Shown one piece after another: positions 31,441 to 42,368 of a stretch of 64,000 bases of DNA (position 1 is the first letter of the stretch; every line of letters begins with the position of its first letter). The DNA is taken from the NCBI GenBank assembly GCA_009602725.1, contig WELB01000008.1, positions 1,168,720 to 1,232,719 on the forward strand, read 5' to 3'. A program made the position numbers and the translations under genes. The stretch comes from Spirogloea muscicola. Its lineage: Eukaryota. The notes under the pieces were generated by a model. It was not told the DNA's origin, ran no database searches, and was given only the letters and a program-made list of their open reading frames with translations.

Positions 31441-32707
31441 GTCGGGTGTCGTCGGAGCTGGACATTCCCCTCAGTTGTCGTGCGACGTCTCGTGGGGGCC
31501 TCCATGGACACGCCGCCCGCGTAGCCCCGCGGCCATGGCGGTCCGGCGGCGGCAGCCCCAGGCGGGGGAGGCGCCGGAATTACGGCGCGGCCCGCGGCCG
31601 GCGGGCAGGTCCCCAGCGCCCCACTGCTGTTTGGCTCGTCTTGGAAGTATCAGAGCTGCGTAGCTAGTTTCTGCGCCGCTTCGCCGGACGCTCGCTCGCG
31701 ACTCCCTGAGCGTCGCCATCGGCCTCGCTGAATTGTCCGTTTCCAGACGTCGGCAGACCCTTCAGTGTGCTGGCTACTTTACATGTGCTGCACAAGCATA
31801 ATCCGGCTCACGTGAGATGGCAGGGCTGCACGTTACCAGTCAAGACCCCCGCGCAGCGGGAGCCAGCCAGTAGGAAGCTTGGGCTTGTTCGTCGACGCAC
31901 TCCCTTTGCAGTGCCGTTGTCGATAGCGGTGCTGCAATGCACTTCCGAGTGACAGCTGCCATGACGGCCAAGACAAGCCAAAGCCTCCTCGTTGCCCTGA
32001 GGCAGAGCAAAGGTCAGAGCTACAGACTTTCTATCTCACAGTGTTAGCTCCGCATATGCTGCACAGTCAACTGAATAACATCACTATTGCACAAGTACTT
32101 CGCAAGCTGCTGAAGCTGCTGAATATTGTCAATCCTGGAACATGGACAGCTACATGCTTGGCCCCGACTTGACCAGTGAACTTAGGCAATGTGCAGTGAT
32201 TTCTTTGCTGCTTGCTGTAAACATAAACAGAACTTGTATCCCTTGACGCTCACTGACTATACCCTAAGCTAGGCATAGCTGCCATACAGTGTCCATGGAT
32301 CTCTGCAGAATGTCATTCAGATCCAGGGTCTGCAAGATGCGTATAACATGCCTACAGCAATGACGTGTGGCAAGCAGAGGAATGAAGGCAGACAGGCATC
32401 TGTGAGGATGGGGTGCTTTGGCTTGTCTCTCTGCAGACAGGTTCACTCTGCAAGCTGTAGTCGTGGCCACTGCTTGTGCAGATCACCGCAGATCGTTAGC
32501 TATCTTGCACACATTTGGAACGTGCTGCAGCTATCGTATTAGAAGTAGGCTGGTGGCAAAGGAATACAGGCAAATGCAGGGTGCTATTGTCCAGGACAAT
32601 GAGTACCATAACATAATTACTTACATCAACTGCTTTGCAGAAGAAACCTCAGGCAAGCTGATTCAGATGCAGAGGATGGAGATGACATCTGTCCTCCCTT
32701 TTGAGGC

Positions 32708-33675
32708 TCAATCACAGCTCCTCATGTAATCGACACTGTGACTGTCGCCGGTGGATGTTCTTTCTGCGAAGATGCTGTCGAGCAGAGCCCGAACAGATTC
32801 AGTGGTACCTTCATCATCTGCAGCAGAGCGATCGTGGCTTCTGCTTGTAGACTGTGTACCTCGTTGGCGATTCATACTTTGCGGCTGAGAAGTTGTCAGC
32901 TCTGGTCCGCTATGACAGGGCATGTAGAAGGTGGAGAGATCTTGTGACCAGCTCAAAAGCTTCGGCAAATGGCATGGCAGAACGGCCTCCGAGTTGGCCC
33001 AAGAGGCAATTTTGTCAAACACAGCATGCGCTTCTGCATCACACACTCCTCCTGGGGACAAGGGCCTCTTACTGCACTCATTCTTTGGTGCATAGACCAC
33101 CTTCCTTGCATCAGGTGGATAGATGACTCCTTCCCCTGCTGCACTTGCTGTTGCTGAGTTGCATGCAGATGTGCCTGGGGATGCTGGAGGTTGACGCATT
33201 GTGGTAGGACTATGGTCCTTGTGAGCGACTCGTTTCTCTTTCACCCTGCTGCGTTGTCTTTTGCACTTCCTGCTGTGTCCCTTTGGTGGAGGTCGCTTCT
33301 TCTTGCGCTTGCTATATTTGGAGTTCCACCAATTCTTGACCGCATTCTCAGTCCTGCCCTCAAGTTGCGAAGCAATCCAGGACCACTTGTTGCCTTTCTC
33401 TGCATGCAATTGAAGGACAACTGCCTGCTCCTCTGGGCTGAGCGGTCCTGTCCGCAGTCCTGGCCGAAGATGGTTCTCCCATCGCAAGCGGCAACTCTTG
33501 CCATCTCGAGGAAGTGGAGGGCTGAGCTTCATGATCTTGTTAAGAAGGCTCCACATTGGTTTGGGGCCAGCCTGACGAGCATATTCTCGGAGTATTGCAT
33601 CTTCGTCTGGCGTCCAAGTCCCCTTCTTTCTCGTTAGGTTTGCCTTTGATGCTGTTTTGCCCCTGCTACGGCCGC
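32708..33675 (-). CDS. Divergent R2R3-MYB transcription factor (one large exon; the start is probably in an unidentified upstream exon)
   Basis: KKGTWTPDED...W...RDGKSCRLRWENHLRPGLRTGPLSPEEQAVVLQLHAEKGNKWSWIASQLEGRTENAVKNWWN, then a basic NLS (KRKKKR). No in-frame ATG precedes the domain; candidate acceptor AG at 33676-33677. Confidence 0.9.
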
Positions 33676-34853
33676 CTGTGTGCACACTCAATCGTGAGAC
33701 ATGCTAGACTAATGTCAAGATTGTGAACAAAGTGTACCAGATCAGATCTTATTTGCTAATGATCCATATGTCACATCCCTGCAACATGTTCATGATACTC
33801 GACAAACAGATCACACATAGGAAGTTGCTGGCTCTGGCAGTATTCTCTTACCATTTGGCTTTGTCATCAGATTTGTGCCGAGCTGCAATTGACTGCAGTG
33901 CCTTCTGTTCATGACATCCGAGCAGCTGATACAGGGCTTGAAGCAGGTGACATATTTTTTTATGAAGGGCGTGCTGAGATGTGCTCGAGGTTTGTTCCTT
34001 GTGTCGGCAACAGCATCAGCAGTCTGCTGCTCGTACCACAGCTTCCTTCAAGCTCATCTGCAGCTGATAGATGATGAAGTGTAATCAATCATCACTGAAG
34101 TTGCCGGCTGAATAGTGCTGAATGCAGTTGCAAGGCAATGTGCCAGACATCATTTTAGGCCGAGGTCACAAAGTTTAGCAGCAAAGAGATTTGCACTTTC
34201 GAGAGACTTGATCTGCTGGACCAGGCTCTGAGATTTCTGAGCGCCGCCTATGCTATGGTGCTGGTCGCAACCGTTCCCTCAAGCGCCTGCTGATTCTCGC
34301 AGCCGTCGTGCGGCGCACCGGCATTGTCCTTCGTGGTGGCGGCGGCCTGCCGCTCGCTGCACACACCCGCGAGCGCCGGCGGCAGCGACGGCGGGGGCGG
34401 CGGCGGGTGGCCGGGCCACGTCCTGGCCTGGCATGGGCTGGCCAGGAACTCACAGTGGAGCCTTATGACTTCATTAAATCCCTGCAGCTGGACCAAGTTA
34501 CCGTCACCAGGAAGGCGACAGCCACGATAACTACCATCACGGTGAAGCCAGAGGCCAGCTCCCACCACCGCCGAGTTGGTGTGGCAATGAGACGCCCCCC
34601 ACAACGGCATCGAGCCTCCCTGTCGTCGAGCTCCGTTGCCGCCCCCAGCACTCCGCGCCTTGGCTGCTCCGCCGCCACAATGGCGGAAGCTTGCCTCTCC
34701 TGAGCGGCCGTGCCGCGAAGTCTGCTCGCCCTCGAGCCTATGCTCTTGCAAACTGTCCGTAGGAGTTGATGAGAGGTGCCTCGGCGGGCCCTGTCAGCCT
34801 GCCTGCCTGGCACTGAAGCACCGCTCAGCTGCAAACATCACACTCTGTGGAAC

Positions 34854-37800
34854 ATGAGCTTGACGGAGAGTGCCGCTGCTACTCTCTTTTGCTACGAGGA
34901 GTGGCTCCCATACTGCTTGGCATTACCGAAGATTGAGCTGCACGCACACCTCAATGGCTCTATACGTGATTCAACCATAAGGTATAATACCTGATGATAC
35001 TGCTTGCAGCTCCAGTACAAAGCGTAGTTCATGCATTGCATGGCCCATACAGAAGGTCACGCAGGAATCTTGCTGGTCACCACGCCTCACTTGAAAGTCA
35101 AGCCACTCCTTTCCGTCACCCTGCGGTGTGTGAACAAGGTTGCCACTAGCAAGCATCTCAAGACTCCGCGATGTCTCAGCAACTACTGCAATTGTTGATG
35201 TGACAGAGATCTGGCTTCACGTTGCTCTGAGCCGTTTGCTGATGATGCTCACAAGTTGACAAAACGAGGTAGGAAAGCCAAAGATCAGGCAAATTGGCTA
35301 TTGTAGAATCCTGTTGCTTGCGTGATCCACCTCAGATTTCCAACATGAGAGCAATCCTTTATGTCATCAGCTTAGAAGTTGTACATTCTGTGACATTGTG
35401 CGTGATCTCAGGAGACAGAAGCTTGGCTGAATGCTTCAAGCTTTTTGACCTTATTCACAAGTTGACCACCAACCATGAGATCATTACGCGCATAGCTCAG
35501 GAGGTACACCACAAGCACTGTGAAAGTGGTAGAGATGGTTTCCAATTTCACCATAAGTTTCATATCTCGACTTCTGAATGGTGGCTCACAAGCTATTTTG
35601 TTGATTAGCATATGTGCACTTTGCATAATGTGTGACCAAGTTTTAGGTGGTTGAGGACTTTGCTGCAGACAATGTGATATATCTGGAAATACGTACAACA
35701 CCCAAGGTACATCACCTTGCTGCACCTTGTCACCTCTCATCTTAGCAGATGCTCAAACTTGTGGCTTATGATTAGCTTCTTGTCACTTCTATATCCAGCA
35801 GGGGACCTCAAGTTCGCTAAAGCATCTTAGCCAGAATAAGCATCACCACTGTGGCATTTCCTGCAGCCATCCACCATACCTTTATTGGCAGGTGCCATTG
35901 CTGGAAATCTCAGATTTTAAGGAAATCTGGAGTATTTCTTAGCATTCTCACTTCCAGGAAAAGCTTCGTGAACACCTGCCAAGATATCAGCATCTGATGC
36001 TTAGAAAGTGTTTCCAGATCCTTTCTTTATCTATACCTGCGAGTCTCCCTCTTCTCTCATCTGCAGAGCAGTCCAGAACGGCAGATTACAAAGAAGTCAT
36101 ACATTGAAGCTGTCCTTGCTGGTCTTCGTGGTGGCATATCAAGTATGTCATCAAGAGACTGCAGCTCCTCAACAGCAGTTGGCCATGAGGATTCGCTGGG
36201 CATACCCCGTGAAACCAAGATGGATATACAAGTGCAACTGCTGCTAAGCATTGACCGGAGAGAAAGTGCAGATGCGGCCATGGAAACGGTCTGTTTCTGC
36301 TTCCCTACAAAGTACAATAATTTGCCTCTATCTGCATCAATCAACCAATTAATGATTTGACTTTGATCTTGCTACGAGCACATGTATGTCGCACAGGTCA
36401 GACTGGCTGACGAGTATCGCGACAGGGGTGTCGCAGGCGTAGACTTGTCTGGCAATCCATCTGTGGGAAACTGGTAAGAACTTGAGCCTACACTGTCTAC
36501 TGATGTCGTGCCACCCTACAAATTGTCATTCTCAACCAACTACTTGTCTTCAATCACAGGGGAACATTTCTGCCAGCCCTCCTCTGGGCTCGTGAACACA
36601 GGCTCCCAGTCACACTTCATTGTGGCGAGGTCAGACCTCCAATCTGCAACCAGTGCTGTTTAATGGGACAACAAGATATCAGACTCAAGCTATCTTTGTT
36701 ATTGTGAATCTACCATTCAATCCCATCTGTAACTATCAATTGAGCTGATGTCACTGAGCTCCATAAGCTCTTGGCTCAAGGCCAAATGCCTTTTCAGGTG
36801 CCAAATGCAGAAGAGGTCAGAGCAATGTTGGCCTTCAAGCCTGAGAGGGTTGGTCACGTTTGCTGCCTGGAGGAGGCCGAGTGGGCAGCTCTTTTGACGT
36901 CAAATATTCCGGTCTGCATAATTGCTGATTTTTGTGAAGTTGCTGAACGTGTCCACTTCATCGTATTAATAAGACACGTTGTGCATGCTGGCAGTATATG
37001 CAGATTGCCATTTCGTTGGTCGGTCTGCTTCCTGAAGCACCTATTGTTCACGTGGCTTTTGACACAGGTGGAGATTTGCCTAACTTCAAACATCATGACT
37101 GAGAGCGTCAGATCATATTCCAGCCATCACTTTGGTAGGTCCTATCAGGTTTTCTACACTACATCAGTCACAGGAAGGCATAAGAAGTACAATGATCTAT
37201 GCAGCGGCATCTTACTGAAGTTTAAAAATAGTTGCCTCTATTGCTGCCCGTGCCTTTCCTCCAGTTGATATGTACAAAGTTGGTCATCCCACCATAATCT
37301 GCACGGACGACTGTGGTGTCTTCTCCACCTACTTGTCTCGGGAATATGCCCTGGCTGCAGCAGCTTTCAGTGAGTCAGCTTTACCACCAACTTCTTCCTC
37401 TTGCTTCCGACTTGCTCCAGGTCCCCAAGTTGGCCTGTCTGACTTGCATGGACTTACAAACGTAAAGGCCCCTCCAGCCGTACTTTCACCCCGCTTTCGC
37501 CCTGCTTCCTTAGCCCATTGCACTTCCATTGCTGTTTGCATGTCCAGTGGATTGGCTCGGCATAGCCTCCCTTTTCTATCATGTGCATTTGTGCCGCTTC
37601 ACTTTCTTCTCCTCCTATAAGGAAATTTCTATTTGACCAGCTTGACTTCACAGAGCAAAGTCACAAGCAGTCTTGTGTCTCCATCAAATTCTCAATGGTC
37701 TTCATTCTCATTCGGCTTATGCGAAATGCCATTGTCAGACCTCAACAAGCAAGACCTCGAGGAACTTGCCTTGCGCTCTGTGGATTATGTGTTTGCACCT

Positions 37801-37863
37801 TCATCAATCAAGCAACAACTTCATCTCAAGGTTCAGGCCAGGCTGAAGAGACTGAAGCTGTAG
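34854..37863 (+). CDS. MAPDA: Adenosine deaminase-like / N6-methyl-AMP deaminase, multi-exon
   Basis: LPKIELHAHLNGSIRDSTI; RSLAECFKLFDLIHKLTT; VVEDFAADNVIYLEIRTTPK; LLLSIDRRE; GVDLSGNP; TLHCGE|VPN; RVGHVCCL; VEICLTSN; ICTDDCGVFST. Confidence 0.93.
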
Positions 37864-37956
37864 TATCTTCTGCAAGTAGTAAGGACATCTAGCTTGCCCT
37901 TACAGATTGCGAATAAGCAATACTCAATACTCTACTCGCAGCAGTAATTAGTGTAG

Positions 37957-38219
37957 TGAGCGCAGCTGGAGTAGATACGTCATATGCCTGAGTGGGCCCA
38001 TAATCTGTGGAGTTTCTGAGCTTCCAGATTGATTAGTGGCACTGATTCCACCAGTCTGGCCATATCAGAAGTACGAACAAAATTGAAGAGATTGATATCT
38101 GAATTTTGATATGGCCAAGACTGGTGAAACCAGTGCTATTTATATATCTGGAAGCTCAGAACCTCGACAGATTATGGGCCCACTCGGGTAATATGACATG
38201 TCTTCTCGAGCTGCGCTCA
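37957..38219. repeat. Long imperfect inverted repeat (~110 bp arms; MITE-like or pre-miRNA-like)
   Basis: tgagcgcagct...gagtgggcccataatctgt...ttctgagcttccagat...caccagtctggccatatca pairs with tgatatggccaagactggtg...atctggaagctcagaa...acagattatgggcccactc...agctgcgctca. Confidence 0.9.
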
Positions 38220-38267
38220 TCACAAGAGGCTAGCCCTCCTTGGTGTATCCTTTTGGACAGTTAAAAA

Positions 38268-38617
38268 AAGAATTACTACCAGGTTTGCACCAAATATTGT
38301 CTATAATTGGTGCAAACCTGACTAGTAATTCTTCTTTGAACCCTCAGGCCCGGAATCTACGGTGGTGCCAAGTATTTCTGGTTTGCCAGGCATAGTTTCA
38401 ACTTGCGGCTTGTCAAATTAATATTGCTTGGCACCACCTATAGGTCACATTTACTGGTCAATATCTCATTGAAAGATTGCCCAATCTGCAGCAGTCTCTG
38501 GCATCTGAATATTCTGAACCGGGAGAATCGTCAGTAGCGACACCCTTGCAGATCAAGAGGTGTCAAATACTAGACTTCACTAGTTTCCTGCACATTGCTC
38601 ATCCTGCGTATTCAGAT
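38268..38617. repeat. Three further consecutive imperfect hairpins (~38268-38333, ~38361-38438, ~38503-38617)
   Basis: aagaattacta-ccaggtttgcaccaa / ttggtgcaaacctg-actagtaattctt; ggtggtgccaag / cttggcaccacc; atctgaata...gacacccttg / caagaggtgtc...tattcagat. Confidence 0.75.
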
Positions 38618-38850
38618 TGATCAACCATGTAGACCTCCCAGTACATCTTGCAGTTGCACAACCTCAACAAACGAAAGTGTCTGCAGTCCCAACTCTTAAG
38701 GAGTGGCTACGTTCAGAGCACACCTTGCAGGCCTAAGCTATGCGTGCTTGGAAAAGGCAGCTCCCGTGTCCACCTGAAAATAGGCTAGGCAGTTAGGTGG
38801 AGGTCAGCAAGATAATTGTATAGGAGAGGAATTGCCACTCTGACTATGCC

Positions 38851-39110
38851 ACAACCGAGCAGGGAATATTCCTGAGGGCAACCTAGGGCGTCAAAGGAGC
38901 TGAGAAGTCACAAGAATGCAGACCTTGGCAGTCCAAGCAGTTAGGAGCAAGAAGGCCAGCACGAAGATCGCACAGGAATGAGCCCTCACTGTTGCGCAAA
39001 TGCACATTGCAACCATTGAGCAGGGAATCTGCCTGAGAGGCAACCTAGGGCAAGAATAAAGAGCTGAAAAGCCACAACATGGCAGGCCTTGGCAGGACAA
39101 GCTCAGCTAG
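38851..39110. repeat. Diverged direct repeat, two ~95 bp copies
   Basis: caacc..gagcagggaat..cctgag..gcaacctagggc...gagctga.aag.cacaa...ccttggcag..caagc occurs at ~38851 and ~39010. Confidence 0.75.
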
Positions 39111-39531
39111 CAGAAGGTGGCACAATAGACAGGCTTGAAGATGAGCACTACACACCTGCACGTGCCTGAATGTAGCCAGCCACTCTGCTCCAGCGCCCTT
39201 TCTCGCCAAGGGCATTGCAGAGGCGAGAACAGGAGACAGCACTGCACTAAGACAACCAAGAACAACTCGGGCTCGTGATGTTGGCTGCCATTGAGCTACT
39301 GACTGTGTAAAACTACACAGCTGGGTGAAGTACAAGCAGAATGGACACTCTGATGCCCTCAATGAAGGGTGTGCCTAGCCACTTATGCACTTGCGAAGCT
39401 GCTGCACTTTCCAGCTGTTGTGCCTCGAGAACAGGCTGAGCACTCACCGTCAATACTCCATGACACAAGTGTGTGCTGTGCCTCCCTCTTCCATGCACAG
39501 GGCAAGTCAAGCGGTGTCACTGCGGGGCAGC

Positions 39532-41633
39532 TCACGAAAGCACATCATGCTGGCGGAATGTAAAGTTGAGCCTGCCAGGAGCCATGCGCAGGCCTGCTGG
39601 GCGGGTGCTGGGCCGCACGCCGCGCGTGCCATGATACATAAGCCGCGACTCCCCTCCAAACACGACCACATCGCCACTCTGGAGAAGAATCTCTCTCTCC
39701 CTGTTCAAATACATTGATTGGCCAACATTTGAGCTATGAAGATCCTGAAAGGTGAATATCATTCCAGCTACTGACAGTGCCCGCACATCTTAAGTCATCT
39801 TACTCAAGCACCCAAGCAGCCACTGGAGCAGTGGAGAAGGATCCTGAAGGAGGTACTCACGGGTTGTGGGCTGCATCGCCGTCGACTGAGTCGCTCTGTG
39901 CCTCCCTAGTAACCTTAACCATGACTCCACTTTTACGCCGGCTCAGAGGAGGCAGACGGCGAAAGAAGAAGGTCATGCTGTCCCCAATGCTCACGCTCAC
40001 CTGCATAAGGCCACGTCCAGGGAACGCAACCATGACGTGTTGGGGCAAGCAGTACTGATACTTAATTAAGCGCGACTTCAGTGAGGTCAAGCTCAGGGCA
40101 GGTGCTCTGCGAGGACAACAGCATAGGCTGGAGCACACGTGCAGAAAGAGTGGCGCAGGCATTTACCACGGGCTTGGCCTGCGTGTCGTCCAGATCTTGA
40201 TGGCCGCCTAGCCCGATTACACCCAGCTCTGCCGCATGCACCTGATACATTGCAAGCAGATTCCGCCAACATTCAATGTGCAATCTTCAGGTGCTGATTG
40301 GCCAAGCTTCAGAGCGACAGCTAGCGACTAGAGGAATCCGCAAAGGAATCCGCAATGAGTGCAGATGCTTAAAGATCTACATGCTGCAGTGTCGCAAGGG
40401 TGGCTGCCTCAGGGCTCTGAAGTCAAGTGCTCACAGGGTAGTAGTTGACGAGGCAAATGTCCGGGTCGTATGTGGAGCCCATCGTAACGGGGGTCAGCGA
40501 GTGCGCCTCCTTGGCCAGAGACTGCGCCAGCTCAACCAGCCACAGCGGCAGGCGCGCCGCCTCAGGGTCGAGGGCGAAGCGCGACCCGTCCCTCCTCGAC
40601 CGCCAGCACACCTGACCACAAAAGAAGGTTCGCGTGTCAGTGTTGGCCCAGCTCAAGCAGCTTGTTGGAAAAAGGGCAGCTTTGGGCTGCTGCCAATGCA
40701 AACCATTTCGGGGCGTCCACTGTTAACAACATAGCGACAAGCTAGATTGCCTGACAGCAAGTGCTACCAGGTGGAACTCCAATTATAGGCAGTCCAGTCG
40801 TGCAGGATGTGGAAACACACCGAGTATAGGTGGTATTTGCGTCCACCGGCAGTCGTCGGTCGTCCGAAACGCGGCGCCAGGGCCTGGGCTGCATGCACCA
40901 AACGCTGCTGAACGTCCAGGCCTAGCCGGTGCTTCATGAGCACCATCCTGCGCGGCGGCCGCAGCAGCTGGTGAGCATACAGTGAGCTGCACCTCCCATA
41001 AAAGAAGACAATGGCGAGGTCTTGCATAGCGACAGAGCACAACTGATATGCTCTATCAAGAAACTCGCTTTCTCAATGGTCAGCAGTCGTGAGGTGGAGA
41101 GCAGGCATATGATTGCCAATAGTAACTGATGGCGACGGTCGACCCTAAACCAGGGGCACCTTGCGCAGCAGAGAGGAGCGGCTGCCCCATCGAAGCTGTG
41201 GCCATCGCGTCGCTCACCCTGGCTGGAGGACGACCAGGGCAGGCCGGGGAGCGGCGGCGCGGTCGAGCGCGATGCTGCTGCCCAGCGGGGAGATGCGGGC
41301 CTGCGCCAGGGGCTCCGGCGTGAGGAGGTCGATGGCCACCGCCGGGCCCGGCAGCACCTTGCCGTACCGGCGCGGCCGCTTCGCGCCGCCGTCGCCGCCG
41401 CCGCCGGGCTCCGCGGCCGAGCTCGAGTGGGACTGCAGACGAGGCGGTGGGAGTCGCGCGTCCGCCTGGTCCTGGCAGCGGCCTCTGTCGGGCTCCTCAT
41501 CCACCGCTGCGAGTGGCGTGAGCTCGTGCGGCGGCCGAGCATGCCCGGCGGCCGCCACCGACGGCGCGGCGGCTGCCTCCACGGCCTCAAGGACGCCGCC
41601 GCCGCCGTCACCGTCGCAGTCGCGCGGCCGAGC
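39532..41633 (-). CDS. AlkB-family 2OG-Fe(II) dioxygenase (ALKBH1-like), 5'-partial
   Basis: PDICLVNYY; GLGGHQD (HxD); PV|VSVSIGDSMTFFF; ILLQSGDVVVFGGESRLMYHG; GRLNFTFRQ (RxxxxxR). Confidence 0.92.
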
Positions 41634-42368
41634 NNNNNNNNNNNNNNNNNNNNNNNNNNNNNNNNNNNNNNNNNNNNNNNNNNNNNNNNNNNNNNNNNNN
41701 NNNNNNNNNNNNNNNNNNNNNNNNNNNNNNNNNNNNNNNNNNNNNNNNNNNNNNNNNNNNNNNNNNNNNNNNNNNNNNNNNNNNNNNNNNNNNNNNNNNN
41801 NNNNNNNNNNNNNNNNNNNNNNNNNNNNNNNNNNNNNNNNNNNNNNNNNNNNNNNNNNNNNNNNNNNNNNNNNNNNNNNNNNNNNNNNNNNNNNNNNNNN
41901 NNNNNNNNNNNNNNNNNNNNNNNNNNNNNNNNNNNNNNNNNNNNNNNNNNNNNNNNNNNNNNNNNNNNNNNNNNNNNNNNNNNNNNNNNNNNNNNNNNNN
42001 NNNNNNNNNNNNNNNNNNNNNNNNNNNNNNNNNNNNNNNNNNNNNNNNNNNNNNNNNNNNNNNNNNNNNNNNNNNNNNNNNNNNNNNNNNNNNNNNNNNN
42101 NNNNNNNNNNNNNNNNNNNNNNNNNNNNNNNNNNNNNNNNNNNNNNNNNNNNNNNNNNNNNNNNNNNNNNNNNNNNNNNNNNNNNNNNNNNNNNNNNNNN
42201 NNNNNNNNNNNNNNNNNNNNNNNNNNNNNNNNNNNNNNNNNNNNNNNNNNNNNNNNNNNNNNNNNNNNNNNNNNNNNNNNNNNNNNNNNNNNNNNNNNNN
42301 NNNNNNNNNNNNNNNNNNNNNNNNNNNNNNNNNNNNNNNNNNNNNNNNNNNNNNNNNNNNNNNNNNNN
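41634..42368. other. Assembly gap covering the divergent AlkB and RlmN starts
   Basis: N run flanked by GC-rich coding sequence on both sides. Confidence 0.98.
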
